A DNA stretch of 63,335 nt, the filler included, from Octopus bimaculoides (Eukaryota): NCBI RefSeq assembly GCF_001194135.2. It is 7 parts of 7 records of this genome, joined end to end, with 100 filler letters (N's around TTAATTAATTAA, not from the genome) between each part and the next. Parts side by side here need not be neighbours in the genome. Positions count along the whole stretch, not along the records: positions 1 to 21,655 come from NC_068989.1; positions 21,756 to 43,615 come from NC_069001.1; 5 more parts are not named here. One strand, written 5' to 3'. Shown one piece after another: positions 13,801-27,810 of the stretch. Numbering within the stretch: position 1 is the first letter of the stretch; each line of letters starts with the position of its first letter. The notes beneath the pieces are model-generated. The model searched no databases. It was not told the DNA's origin and saw only the letters and a program-made list of their open reading frames with translations. The position numbers were made by a program, and so were the translations under genes.

Positions 13801-14467
13801 GGATGACGACGACGACGATGATGATGACGGGTATGTAGTGAACTGGCGGACATGTCAAAACATCAAAAGGGCTTTATGTTATTTGTTCCCTCTTTCTGAG
13901 TTCAAAACCTACCGTGGTTCACTTCGGAGCGAAAATTAATTTGTCGCCCGGTTAAATACTTTCCCGCCCCCTAAACGTTTGAAGCCTCCATCGAAATGTG
14001 CTCTATTCCAAGTATTCGGGATAGGTCTCCGGTTTGAGAATAATTTCCTCACCTCTCTTTCCTTCATTCTCAATAGTGTCGAAGTCCCTGAACAGAACCA
14101 TGGACAGAGCCATGGACACTGGCTAAAATATAAAAATGCAGTTGCTACTGAGAAAGGAACCAACGCCGAAACCATGACACTGTAGAGGAAATGCATAGCA
14201 ACAGAGGATAGTGGGATGGGGTTTCATCCTGATGTAGTTGTAAAAGGGCCACAAATCTCCTTAGCCTATTTTGACTGTTAATTCATTTGGACATTGATTT
14301 CGATAATAACATTAGGATATAGAAAAAATAAGGACATGCGTAGTTCTGTTTTTAAGAAATTCGCTCTGCAAGTTCATTTGCACTGCGTGACATCACGTTC
14401 ACGTGTCTTCTACGGTGTCATCTCTCTCTGTCTCTCTTTCTCTCTTTCTTCCCCTCTCCCTAACACC

Positions 14468-14591
<124 letters not shown>

Positions 14592-14954
14592 ATCTCTCTT
14601 CCACCAAAAAGAGCATTGCAGAGTTGATATTAATTAGTGTCGGGACCTATGAGATGGAAGCAATATGGATAACGAAAGAAGGAAAGACAAGAGAGACGGG
14701 TGTGTTGAGTGGCTGTGACACAAAAGGAGCCACCTCGGAGGAGCGGTGCCACAGGAGTCGCTGCAAAAATGACAAAACTGGAAGTCATGTTTGTGATATG
14801 CATCCACCTGTGTTACGAAATACTTCAACAGTAAGCGTCACTAATACAGCTATACATGTTTAATAGATAACATACTATATTCTAGATCTTATACTTAAAA
14901 CAAGTCGAGCTTGTTTTTGAAAGATGTTTTCATTACTAATACTTTACAAATATT

Positions 14955-15208
14955 GATTTCAAATTTTGACACAAAAAGAAGAAGATAAGTCGATAACATC
15001 GACCACAGTCTTCAACTGGTTCTTACTTTATCGACCTCGAGGGGGCCAGTCGATTAGATTGACCCCAGTACGCAACTGGTACTTAATTTATCGAAACGAT
15101 GAAAAGTAGAGTCGACCTCAGCGGAATTTGAACTCAGAACGTAAAGACAGATGAAATACCGCTAAGCATTTCGTCCGACAACCTAACGATTCTGTCAGAT
15201 CGCTGCCT
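14955..15208 (-). mobile_element. SINE family B with a duplicated 3' segment
   Basis: GTCGACCTCAGCGGAATTTGAACTCAGAACGTAAAGAC...CTAACGATTCTGTCAGATCGCTGCC; two versions of the ATCGACC.CAGT..CAACTGGT.CTTA segment. Confidence 0.8.
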
Positions 15209-15272
15209 TAATACTCTGCAAATATTTATTCACTCACGCTATATATTCACCCTTTGTCCCTGCTACAATTAA

Positions 15273-15327
<55 letters not shown>

Positions 15328-15357
15328 TAACGACATTTGTTTATCTGAGCATTATCT

Positions 15358-15575
15358 GGCGGTGAGTTGGCAAAATCGTTAGCACGCCGGACAAAATGCT
15401 TTGCGGCATTTCGTCCGTCTTTACGTTCTGCGTTCAAATTCTGCCGGGGTTAACTTCACCGTTCTAGCCTTTCGAGGGCGATAAAGTAAGTACCAGTTGA
15501 ACACTGGGGTTGATGTAATCGACTTAGTCGCCTTCCTCAAAATTACTGGCCTTGTGCCAAAATTTGAAACCATTA
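15358..15575 (+). mobile_element. SINE family B
   Basis: GGCGGTGAGTTGGCAAAATCGTTAGCACGCCGG...GTTCAAATTCTGCCGGGG...GGCCTTGTGCCAAAATTTGAAACC. Confidence 0.85.
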
Positions 15576-16587
15576 TTAATCATGTATCAATACCTATTCA
15601 CTTCATGTTACTTTTTTCTTTTATCTCTTCGCATTATTTAATTACAGCCTTTTTCGTACAGGCTCATAGGGTGCGGGTTACATTCGATAAAATAAAGTAC
15701 CAGCCAAGTGCTAGGGTCGATACGATTTTGTATCTTTATTGTAAGGTAGCCACAACGTACATTAAATTATGAAAGAAAAATATTTCGTTATCTGGTCAAG
15801 GATAAGAGCAAGTTTATTGTGATATGATTCAAACAACTGGAATGTTCACCTAAGGTACCAACTGTAAGAACCAAATCATTATATTACAGTTAATACGTTC
15901 TCTTTTAGTACTAAACAACCTCAATGATTGATAATTATTTTTTTCCATTAAACTTCAAAATCTGTACCTTGCAAAGAAAAAGTGAATTGAAACACAAAAG
16001 AGCAAAAACAAGCTCGAAAGATGCTTTTGTTTAGTGTTTGTTTTGTATAAAATCTTATTTCGATGTGAAGTTACTGAAACATGACTCATTAGTTCGGGAA
16101 TTATACGCCTAGGTGGAGTGAACATTGATTCATATAAATATCTGTGTCTCACAGCATATAAATTTGACTATATCAGTGCAGTATCGTATAGTTAAGAAGT
16201 TCCGTTCGCATTCAGGTTTTATTCTGTTGTGACGAACCTTAGGCAGGTGTCTTCCACAATAAGTTCGAGTTGACGTGAGGCCTGTGAAATAAAACTAAGT
16301 AGGTGGAAACTTTGTAGGAGGCAACAACATGCGCTGTAATTATGATTCTGGTACTCATTTTTCCTCCCATAGCATATTTGCCAAATTACCTTTAGCTGAA
16401 GATTTCACTAAGAATACAACTATCTGTGAAATACTAATCTACCTTAACTATAAAACGATTTGTTGGTATTTACACCGTGTGGGAGCAACGGAAACATTCC
16501 TTAGTCAAGATCGAAGATCCTGTCTTCAAGCCCTTGTCAGCTTTCTGAGCTTTATGCGATGGATGATATGATTGTCTTCCTTGAACA

Positions 16588-17270
16588 AGGCGATGTGCTG
16601 AAAGAATCGTTAGCGTGTTGGAGAAAATGCTCAGCGGCATTTCTTCTGTTCTGAGTTCAAATGTCACGGAGCTCAATTTTTCCTTTCATATATTCGGGAT
16701 CGCTAAAATAAAAACCAGTTGAAAAGTAGGTCGATATAATCAACCTACTCCTCCTTTAAAATTGCCGGCTTCTGTATGCATCGCAGTTTGAAACTATTAA
16801 TGTTTCCTATGAATAATTATAAATCAGATATTACGGAGATACAAGGACAGGCGAGAATACCAAAGAACGCTCTTAGAAAAGAAATCTCGGTGTAGTGATT
16901 TAGATTATTGGTTTAGATTAATACATGGTTGACAAAGAAATTAGGGGATATAAGTATAAGTTGTTACCGAGAAGGGGTAGCTGTGCGAGCGGCCAACTCA
17001 GAAGAGTAGAGAGAATTTATCTGTAGTAGAAAAGATGGAGAGATGAAACAGTATACCTTTGGGTCAAAGTGCATCTGAAAATTTCGAGCTAATCAGTCGG
17101 GTTGTTATTATTTTATGCAGTCTAGAATAGCCAGCTGGTACAATCGGTAGAGCGTCAGATGAAATACTTAGAGGTTCTAATTCTGACGTTCTGAGTTCAA
17201 ATTCTGCCGAGGTCAACTTTGCTTTTTCATTCTTCTGAAATCAATAAAAAAAAAGTAGCAGTCAAGGGAA
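16588..17270 (+). mobile_element. Two decayed SINE family B copies (about 16588-16795 and 17128-17270)
   Basis: GAATCGTTAGCG...TTCTGAGTTCAAAT and ACAATCGGTAGAGCG...GTTCTGAGTTCAAATTCTGCCGAGGTCAACTTTGC. Confidence 0.7.
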
Positions 17271-18714
17271 GTGGCCTGACTGAAACATCAGAGCGTCGGA
17301 GAAGACGCGACGTAGTATTCATTCTGGTTCTTCGCCTCCTGTGTTTGAATCCCACCGTGGCTTACTTCGGTTGTATGCTTAATCCATCACCCAGCTTAAC
17401 ACGACCTCGTGGCCCTTGATCTCCTCTATCTATGGTTACTGTGTTGCAGGCATTTGGACCAGGTATCTGATTTGGGGATAATCTTCTTTCTCCTTCCCTC
17501 CAACTTATGCCGCCCGAAACCATGTAAAATGTCACGGGCATTGCAAGTCGATGCCAGCTAAAAGTAAAACTAAAAGGACCTACTGTATAATGATGGCCCT
17601 CTCTCATATAGGAACAGTGTTCAATTGTGAATATCATTTTAAGTTTTGTAGACCTTTAGCAGTGGTTATGCTTTGAAGTATTTTTCTGTATATTTAAAGA
17701 AATACAATTTTGAAGGTGACGTGGAAATGACGAAGCATAGGTATGTAGTGATCTTGAAGGTTTGAGTTCAGTACAGTTCATGTTGCAGTAGGAAAATGTG
17801 TTACTGTTTTCATGACCTGAGTAGTCATTGAGAGATGTTTTTGTGAGTTTCTCTTCATTGGTAGAATTTTCCATGTTATTGGGTTGGTCTTCTTGTAGTC
17901 AGTTTGTAAAGCCATCGGATATTTTCTCTCTATATACCTTTCCTATCTTGCTAGAAAGATAGAAAATCTGTAAAAATTGTATTAGTCTTATTGAAGGTGC
18001 AACTTAGGTACTTAAATCTGAACAAATGTTTATCAAAATAAATCCAGGTAAGGGTCAGACAATTAAATTTTTCGTTGTTAAATGTAATGTTGTAATGAAT
18101 ATTATATAGGACGAACAGAATTAACTTTGAGAAAACGATGATTGTACATGTACAATTGTCACGATATTCAAGTATGGAAAATATCCGTTAGAAAATACTT
18201 GGGCATATGTGCAGCACATATGTCCGAAGTCTTCCATTCTATCAATGCGCTCACAATATTACTGAACAAATGCGAAAGACGAAAGAAAGTAGATTTATTA
18301 ACAAAAATAGAAATCGTATCTAAACAGAATTTGCGATGCAACATCAATCGACGTTTAAATTGCTCGTTGCAAACAAATAAGCAAAAGGCATCATTACTTT
18401 GATCAGCCCTTAATACTATGATTACTACAATAATTGTGAAACAGGTAAAGAAACTAAAGAAAATTCAGTTTATTTTCCTTTCTAAATCTCTACTTGGGTG
18501 AAAAATTTCGTTACGTGTGTGTGTGTGTGTGTGTGTGTATTCGCTGCATTTCGTACTACAAATTTCTTTTTATTGCACAATATATTTTAGCACGTATTCA
18601 CAATCGCAGCTTTGTCACGTGTGTTTGCCTATATGGATGTGAAAGACCTATTATGATTATGACTCGCAAGGCAATCAATTGCTAAATACATCTGATAAAA
18701 ATATAGAGGGAATG

Positions 18715-19460
18715 GTCAAAAGCATTTGGACTATGATTACGAATACATATCGTTTACACCAGATTGTTTCATGAGGAAATGTAAGTGTTGGTTCTTTTTT
18801 CGAAATGTTGATATATACAGTATGACATCAACCACTAGACATGATGTATTGACAATAGTTCGGAAAATGCTCGCTCTAGAAGGGCTTTTCACTATAGAAG
18901 AACTGTCCAGAGTAGCTTTGTCCAATAATGGAACTTAATTTATTTCTGAGTGTGAGAAGTTTTGCTGACAAATGGACATTCGGCATTGGACTTCGATTAT
19001 TTTTTACTCTGCTTCAAATGATGAGGCAGACGCTTCGTTCGAAAATCTTGCCATGAAAACCGTTAATTTCTAAAAGGATAGTCAATTTTTAAATTCTAAT
19101 ATCATTCATCACCTTATCCTGCACCGGACGGGGAAATGCCGGAAAAAGGAATGTACTGTCTATAACCACGAACGAATGTCATTTTCATTACAGATAAACT
19201 GTAACCAAATGTAGAACATACAAGCAGTTCCTATTAGTTATAAATTGACCAAAAAATATTTGTCTGTGATTAATATGGTCACATTAAATGGATTTCCGGA
19301 AAAATCATTACGAAAAACAATAAGGTTCTATGGTATACCTGATCCAAACACATAAGGGTCAACGGAATTGGGATCAAGATCAAACTCAGTAAATGGAATA
19401 TGCTGTATTTCTGATGATCAGATGCACATCGAACACATTCAGTGATTGGTTGTTGCAACA
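18715..19460 (+). mobile_element. Highly degraded Ty3/Gypsy integrase relic
   Basis: MTSTTRHDVLTIVRKMLALEG...LSNNGT*FISECEKFC*QMDIRHWTS..YSASNDEA parallels TTS..TI..LR..FA..G.P..IVSDNG.QF.S.EF..FC..NGI.H..S.PYHP.SNG.AE. Confidence 0.5.
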
Positions 19461-20081
19461 AAACTATTTCCCACTACCGTTGCCACCAAGTGCCGGTCGT
19501 AATCTGCCGTTATTGCCAGACCGACAGTTCATACACCTCTACAGATTCTATTAGGCTGCAACAACCACGGATCAGATACTCACCATGAACAATTTACTGC
19601 GTTTTATAATTTTGGTAATTATTTATCCTTAATTATCAGAACAAACTGTTAAAGAGAACACTGCTGTTTTTTGTGCAAATTATATTTTTATTGCTCATTG
19701 AATTTTACAAGGTGCATGTTTGTCACATGAGTCTCACCTATAAATATCTACGACACAGCCTTATAAAATGCCATCAGTTGAATACAATGAGATTGATTAA
19801 TATGTACGTTGCAGTCAAGTATTTACTTGTTTGGTTGTGGGGAAGGCATAAGTTTCCAGAAAAATTCATTGGTCTCTTAAAGATTTGAAAATTCAAGTAA
19901 AACACATAACATAACAGTGTTATACAAGCAGAGCACGTAGGTGTTACAAGTTTCTTATTTGTTGTTACGTCAACACACACACACAAATACACACACATAC
20001 ACGCACGGACACACACATATACATATATACACACACATATATACATATATATACATATATATACATATATATACATATATA

Positions 20082-20232
20082 GGCGCAGGAGTGACTGTGT
20101 GGTAAGTAGCTTGCTTACCAACCACATGGTTCCGGGTTCAGTACCACTGCGTGGCACCTCGGGCAGGTGTCTTCTACTATAGCCTCGGGTCGACCAAAGC
20201 CTTGTCAGTGGATTTGGTAGACGGAAACTGAT
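20082..20232 (+). mobile_element. SINE family A, 5' portion with tRNA-like head
   Basis: GGCGCAGGAGTGACTGTGTGGTAAG (A-box-like) ... GGTTCCGGGTTCAGTACC (B-box-like). Confidence 0.85.
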
Positions 20233-20673
20233 TCGCCTTTATATATTTAATCCTTTATATTGAACACTCAATATTTCATCTATTCAATAAGACATATTCC
20301 ATATATTCAATAAGACATTCAATACTTTATTTCATTGTACCATCCATTTTTATATTGTATATTCCATATTCTATATCCCACATTAATTTTACAAGAATAT
20401 AAATAAAACATAAAAAACAGAGTTGGNNNNNNNNNNNNNNNNNNNNNNNNNNNNNNNNNNNNNNNNNNNNNNNNNNNNNNNNNNNNNNNNNNNNNNNNNN
20501 NNNNNNNNNNNNNNNNNNNNNNNNNNNNNNNNNNNNNNNNNNNNNNNNNNNNNNNNNNNNNNNNNNNNNNNNNNNNNNNNNNNNNNNNNNNNNNNNNNNN
20601 NNNNNNNNNNNNNNNNNNNNNNNNNNNNNNNNNNNNNNNNNNNNNNNNNNNNNNNNNNNNNNNNNNNNNNNNN

Positions 20674-20710
<37 letters not shown>

Positions 20711-21004
20711 TTACATACACACATACACACACAAAGACATGTACAAGAAGTCAATTGTAAAACACGAAAGTCCAAGGTATCTTCATTGATATTGGTTTCA
20801 AATGTTGTAACAAGGCCAACAATTTCTGCTGAGTGGGTAAGTCGATTACATCAACACTAGTACTTAACTAGTATTTATATTATCCGCAGTGTATTATGTA
20901 CACTCGAGGAGAATTGTGTGTTTGTGTGCAATGGGGCATTTATCAATTTTCTGCTATACAATGTTCTAAACTAATTTGTAAAATAGTGTTGTTTATATTT
21001 AATC

Positions 21005-21610
21005 TACAGGAGCATCGCCTTGTAAGGATTTAGTCGAACAAATCGACCTTAGTGCTTATTTTAAAACCTGGTATATGTTTATCACACTCTGTTGCTGAAC
21101 CGCTAATTTTTCATGGATGTAAACAAACCAACACTGGTTGTCAAGCAGCGGATGAGACTAACACAGATACGACAGGCTTCCACTTACTTTTCGCCGATCA
21201 AATTCATTCACAAGGCATTGGTCGCTCAGGAGATATAGTAGAAGATACTTGCCCCAGCTGCTGCGCAGAGGTACTGAACCCGAAACGACATGGCTGGAAA
21301 GCTAGCTTCTTGATCAAACAGTCATACTTCCTGACGTTTTTGTTTTCAGTTACAGTGTATACTTTGTATAATATTATCCAATGCTTCCTTCTCTAGGGTT
21401 AGAAAGTATTTGAAGCAAATTTTCCTTCTAATCTTTTACTCATTTGACTGCGGCCATGCCTTTAGTCGAACAAATCAACGCCAGGACTTATTGTTTGTAA
21501 GCCTAGTACTTATTCTATCGATATTTTTATGCGGATCCGCTAAGTAAACACACCAGCATCGGTTGTCTAGCGATTGCGGGGTGGGGGACAAACACAGACA
21601 CACTTACACA
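21005..21610 (-). mobile_element. Two adjacent SINE family A copies (21005-21330 and 21437-21610)
   Basis: Both carry TTTAGTCGAACAAATC(G/A)AC...CTTATT and ATCGGTTGTC/ACTGGTTGTC body motifs. Confidence 0.75.
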
Positions 21611-21755
21611 CACACACACATCTACATATATATATATACATATATATATATACATNNNNNNNNNNNNNNNNNNNNNNNNNNNNNNNNNNNNNNNNNNNNT
21701 TAATTAATTAANNNNNNNNNNNNNNNNNNNNNNNNNNNNNNNNNNNNNNNNNNNN

Positions 21756-21790
<35 letters not shown>

Positions 21791-22168
21791 TCTCTCTTTC
21801 TCGATATCAATATATGATTATATAGGAGCCACAACTTAGACATGCCTTAATCCAGTTATATTCTCGCTTGATAAACTCGCCAAACACAAACCAATTACAT
21901 CGATCGTTTCTTACAGAAACAACAGAGCCGCTATTTCACTTCTCGTTTTATTAGTTTCTACAACAACCAAGCTTCCATACTTTCCAACACACCATCAACA
22001 CACACCCAAGCTTCCATACTTTCACACTGTAACCAACACACAACCAAGTCAGAGACTTTATAAAACCAGCTCATAAACTTAGTTTTATTTGTAGTCTCTC
22101 TCTGTGACTTCATTTCTCTTTTCTCTCTCTATATGTATCTCCTCCATTCTTTCGTTATCTCTCTCTCT

Positions 22169-22202
<34 letters not shown>

Positions 22203-22734
22203 ATACCTTTGTGTGTGTGTATGTGTGTGTGTGTATCCATTTCTTCCTTCTCTCTTTTTGTCAACCACTAATGTCTTCCGGTGTCTTCTCTCTCTGATGA
22301 ATGGATGCTCGTCGATCCGGTATTGTATGAACTTACTGCTACAGTTAGCAGTGATAGGGTTGATAGTGTTGTTGCTGTTTTACCCATAGACAGTAATGAA
22401 TGAACAACAACAGGCTTATGGTCAAAAAGAACTTTAGACATGACCATCTCTTCGATGATAGAAACTGTATAGGACATACTCTCTAACGGTGTGTAATGTG
22501 AAGGAGATTTAACGACTATTTCTTGCAGACTAAATGACCACGTCATTGGTCATTTAGCAGACTAAAGGAGAGTCGAGAGGGTGACTGTGCCAATTCACAG
22601 CTACATGGACACCTAAAGCAATCTGGGAAAACGGAGCACAAGCCGCTGGGTAATACTCACTTGTAAGTGGTGGCTATAGTTTGCGTATGTGTGTGTATGT
22701 GCGCGCGTGTTATAGGACAAAAATGGAACCTGTC

Positions 22735-23010
22735 TTTAGATAATTCGAGAACGAAGCGAAGAGAACGACGTGATCGTAGAGTACCGAAAACAAGTTGCGC
22801 TGGGCCTGACATGTCTCAAGGTTAACAGACAACAGGTGGGCCCGTGTAGTTGTGAAGCGGTAGTATCCAAGACATCGGAAAAGCCCACTTTGAAGGCCCC
22901 ACGACGATGGGAAGACGATTTAGTAAAGAAATTTAGAGCAAGATGGAAAAGAATGGCACAATCAAGACAGAACTAGAAGCACACTGTGACCAGCGGTATA
23001 TAACAGCGTC
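22735..23010 (+). mobile_element. RTE-clade LINE 3' fragment
   Basis: Frameshifted KLRWA*HVSRLTDNRWARVVV...RRWEDDLVKKFRARWKRMAQSRQN matches the RTE C-terminal W.GHV.R..D.RW...RGRP..RW.D pattern. Confidence 0.75.
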
Positions 23011-24369
23011 TGATGATGTGGTCGATATTGCGATAGAACTGAGATGCAATTCTGAATAGGACACGGTGGAACTATTTTCTTTTGCTCCAGTCGTTATGAA
23101 CGTTTTGGGATTTAAGAAAGAGTACTCAACACATATAGCAGAGCATATTTACATTTTTGCTAAACTGGGGATTCATTCTGGTTTCGTTACCCAGGATTTC
23201 CAGGTAAATGCGATTCTTTATGCGACCGTATATTATACTATACGGGTAACTACGTTAGTTTCATCGGCTATAGTAGAGTTTAGAGTGTCGTCATTGTTTT
23301 TCCTGGTGTATGTAAAGGAAATCGTCCATTATCTTTGCTCCCAATGTTAAATTCAACCAACCATTTATGCATTAGATACTTAAATGGAAGGAGAAATTAC
23401 TATACATATGAAGACTAGAATTTTACAGAATGTCACCATTTTAATCTCTTTGGATTTTAAATTACCCGGATAGATATTTTCGGTTTGTAGTATGCGGAGA
23501 GAGTCTCATCTCCTCTGCTTAGGATTGTCTGTGTGATGTTACGATGGAAATATTCTGTTTATTAAAGTTTTGCGACAATGCTCCACATTATTGAGATGTT
23601 ACAGATTCCTTCACTCTTGGATTTCCAAAGGCATTGGAATAGGAATGTCGAATTGATTAANNNNNNNNNNNNNNNNNNNNNNNNNNNNNNNNNNNNNNNN
23701 NNNNNNNNNNNNNNNNNNNNNNNNNNNNNNNNNNNNNNNNNNNNNNNNNNNNNNNNNNNNNNNNNNNNNNNNNNNNNNNNNNNNNNNNNNNNNNNNNNNN
23801 NNNNNNNNNNNNNNNNNNNNNNNNNNNNNNNNNNNNNNNNNNNNNNNNNNNNNNNNNNNNNNNNNNNNNNNNNNNNNNNNNNNNNNNNNNNNNNNNNNNN
23901 NNNNNNNNNNNNNNNNNNNNNNNNNNNNNNNNNNNNNNNNNNNNNNNNNNNNNNNNNNNNNNNNNNNNNNNNNNNNNNNNNNNNNNNNNNNNNNNNNNNN
24001 NNNNNNNNNNNNNNNNNNNNNNNNNNNNNNNNNNNNNNNNNNNNNNNNNNNNNNNNNNNNNNNNNNNNNNNNNNNNNNNNNNNNNNNNNNNNNNNNNNNN
24101 NNNNNNNNNNNNNNNNNNNNNNNNNNNNNNNNNNNNNNNNNNNNNNNNNNNNNNNNNNNNNNNNNNNNNNNNNNNNNNNNNNNNNNNNNNNNNNNNNNNN
24201 NNNNNNNNNNNNTAGATAGATAGATATACTCAGATTTTGAGTTCTACTTTTCCTGTTTGTCTCAACATACCTATCTATCTATCTATCTATCTATCTATTA
24301 CATACATTCATACATAATACAAATAATATGTGAGTATATGCATATATACGTACAAGTATGTACATACCT

Positions 24370-25020
24370 ACATCTACATGTATATATAGATGTATATCTG
24401 GGTACAGGACGTCACAAAAAAACGTGGACAAAATGAAAAGCAGAACATAAGCAGAGTACAGAAAACAGACAGGCCACATAGAGAACATTTCCTTCATCAG
24501 CTGCCCCTATTCTAAAGCTAAGCGTTTCGAAGAGTTATGTTAAGTCGGTATTTTTTAGCAGTTGGGTCTGAGTTGTTTCTTTAAAAATAAGGAAATGGAA
24601 GACAGGGGTAACTAAATAAAGACGGTAGGAGTGATTTAAGGGGAGAAAAGTGATTGAAAAGGGAGAGCTGTAATTTAAAGAGTAAGAGTGAATTTAATAA
24701 GGAAAGAGTGAGATAAAAAGGAGAAAACTTGAACAGAAAAGAAGGAATTTTTGTTTCAAAGGAGGCCAGTGATTTTAGTGGAAACGTCTAAATTTAGAAG
24801 AGAGGAAAGCGATAAACGGGAAACTAAAGCAAAGCGTGTTTAAGGGGCCACATAAATACCTTAAAATAAGCGGGACAGGGTGAAAGTGAGAGGCGATATT
24901 GTAGTAATAATATAATTATAACACGTTTAAGGGAAAGGGTCGAGACTGTGAGAAGAAATTGTAGGATCAGAGAAAATGTCAAGCACAAATGATCCCTGAT
25001 AGTTGGGGAATGTCTTCACC
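24370..25020 (-). mobile_element. Degenerate Penelope-like 3' end / terminal region
   Basis: Minus strand has fragments resembling a GIY-YIG C-terminus (IASHFH..., QKFLLF..SSFS) followed by CGAAACGC and CTGATGAAGG boxes. Heavily decayed. Confidence 0.4.
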
Positions 25021-25312
25021 TTTCTGACTCTTGATTTTTATCTTCTCATTCAGTGATAACCTACATCTCGCACCAAAAACCTCAATTACACACGAAATAC
25101 ACACACAGGACTTCCAATAACCATTCTTCGACACGCACATACACAATACACACACGCACATACACAATACACACACGCACACACACATGTATAACCTCAA
25201 CCGCATCATCATCGCCGGCACAACCATCACCACAAGAAATCTATCCTCTACCACAAATATCATTAATATACCCCTACCATTACCATCAACATACGATTTA
25301 TATATATGAATT

Positions 25313-25352
<40 letters not shown>

Positions 25353-26141
25353 TGAGAGAGAAATACATACACGGATAAATAGATAACCATATATATATGC
25401 CATGGGTCTTTGTGTATATACCTTTATACACTTTTATATATACTCATATATATATACACACACATCTCTAAGAATAATTCTCATGTATCCTGTGGAGTAC
25501 ATATGTGTCGTGTTACCGCGTGTGCGTGTGACTAAAGAGAGACACATACACACACACATATACATGTACGTATAATTAATAATATACACACCATGTATAT
25601 GCGTATGGGGATGAAGAGAAATGAGTGTTAATGCCTACAAGCAATGAAATGTGTGTGTCTGTGTGTGTGTGTGTACGCGCATGTATTTTTATATGTGTAT
25701 TTATTCGTGCAGTTATCTCGCTTCGGCATCAGCCTTAATTTACTGTTAAGACCGCAATGTCGAGTCTACAGGAAATGAAGAGGAGATGAAACTCTGTGTG
25801 TGTGTGTGTGTGTGCGCGCGTGCGTGCGTGCACGTGTTTGTGTTTGCGTATGTGTGTGTATATCTGTGTCTGTACATGTGTAGGCTTATAGAAGTGGGTA
25901 GTGAGAAAACACCCCTTTCTCGATAGCAACACTTCCACCAATAACAATAACATGTCATAACGACGATGATGATGATGATGATGCTGATGATGATGCTGCT
26001 GATGAGGATGATGACGATGATGATGATGATAAAGATAAAGATAAAGATAAAGATAAATGGGATTATCTTTTCTTGTTTGTTTTTCCTTTCTCCCTGAGAT
26101 CTATATGGGGAGTGGGGGGCGCAGATCGGATGTCGGGTGGG

Positions 26142-26173
<32 letters not shown>

Positions 26174-27654
26174 AGTTAAATGAAAATCATAAAAAATGAA
26201 ATAAAATCTCACGATATGTGAAACAACATTGTTTCTTTCACCTCTTTAACCCTCTCTCCTCTCTCTCTCTCTCTCTCTCTCCCACCCTCATCTCGCTCAT
26301 TTTACAGCCCCTCTATACAGAAGGAACATCCTCCTTACTCCCGCTACAAGTGACAGGACACATGATTCTAATGCCACCCGGCCCTTCCCCCACCTTCACA
26401 ACTCCGTAGCCCCTCCACCTTTTATCAAGACTATCATAGCTTTAAACCAAAATTATTCCGGTCCAATTAATTGCTTCTTTTACGATAGTATCTCTGTCTA
26501 TCTCTTCCTCCTCCTCCTCTTTGTCAGTGTGTCTGTTTTCCTCCCTCTGTTTCTCCCCCCACCCTCTCAACTTATCATCATCTATCTGTTACTATTCTAG
26601 TTATCTATAAAACACTGTGAACGTGTTTGTATGCGCGTGTACAGATACATGCATTCTTGTATATATGTTTGTATGCACGCAGCTATATATGTATACAATA
26701 CAAATATGTACGTGTATATAGTTACATATGTGTGCGCATATATGTACGCATACATGTTGGTATGTATGTATGTATGTGATCAATGCAAATGACTTGCAAG
26801 TCATGACTTGCTGGCCGTAAGAGTCATACGAGATGTCGTCAGCGATAAGGAAACCGAACGTAAAGTGTCTCTTGGAATGAAATGAGTTTAAGAAGTGATC
26901 TTACTCGGTCACCAGCCGACTTCAACCATGTAGGTATCGGTCAATAGGCGTCTGTTATACTCAGACACGTACCTCAGACACGTACCTCAATCCTCATACT
27001 CCAGTGCCAGTGTCTTTTACCACAGTTGAGTTTATTGGAAGTATTTTTTTACTTTAACAAAAACAAAAACAAAAACAAAAAAGAAATCGGCAGAAATTTC
27101 TGCTTATTTCGCTAAATTCGTATCTTGATTTGTTCGAAACCGTGACCAGCCACAAACTGCGTTGTGTTTATGAGGTAGCAAATGGCAATTAGCATTGCAT
27201 TTTGCTGGAGCTTCACCAACCAAGTCGCTAATTCGGTCAACAGAAAAACAGGACGTGGTCCAAATATTCAATACGTATTTCCACAAGTTTTTGACGCTGT
27301 TTCTCACTAGTTTCATATTTATCATGGACACTAATGACATGTATTGACTTTAGTTAGTAATAATTTATCGATTACATTCTGCTATCGAACATTTTGCGTT
27401 CAAATTAGATCGGTGGGACAATGTTGCATTCAATACATCAAAACCATATATACTTATATGCGCGCGCGCAGACATGCACATCCAGACGCACGGAAATCTT
27501 GGCACATCACACACATCACATCACATAATAGTTTTATCTCTTGATAAGGAACTGTGTTGAAACAAATATCTGTGTATTTTTGAGCGGTATTCTCACATAA
27601 ACACCTTACAGGAAATATATTTACGCGCAGATGTGGCACAGGCATGACGCAGGC

Positions 27655-27810
27655 CTGGAACAGGCGTAGCTATGTGGTAAGAAGCTTGCTTCCTAATCAC
27701 ATGGTTCCGGGTTCAGCCTCACCGCATGGTAATTTCGGTTAAATGTCTACTACTATAGCCTCGGATCAACCAAAGACTTGTGAATGGATTTAGTTGATGG
27801 AATCTGAAAG
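27655..27810 (+). mobile_element. SINE family A, 5' portion
   Basis: GCTATGTGGTAAGAAGCTTGCTTCCTAATCACATGGTTCCGGGTTCAG...CTACTATAGCCTCGG. Confidence 0.8.

Noticed and set aside
24480-24545. CGAAAC and CTGATGA boxes on the minus strand in the Penelope-like region
   Set aside because: The boxes are in reversed order and I could not build stem I, stem III or an NUH triplet, so it is not a foldable hammerhead.
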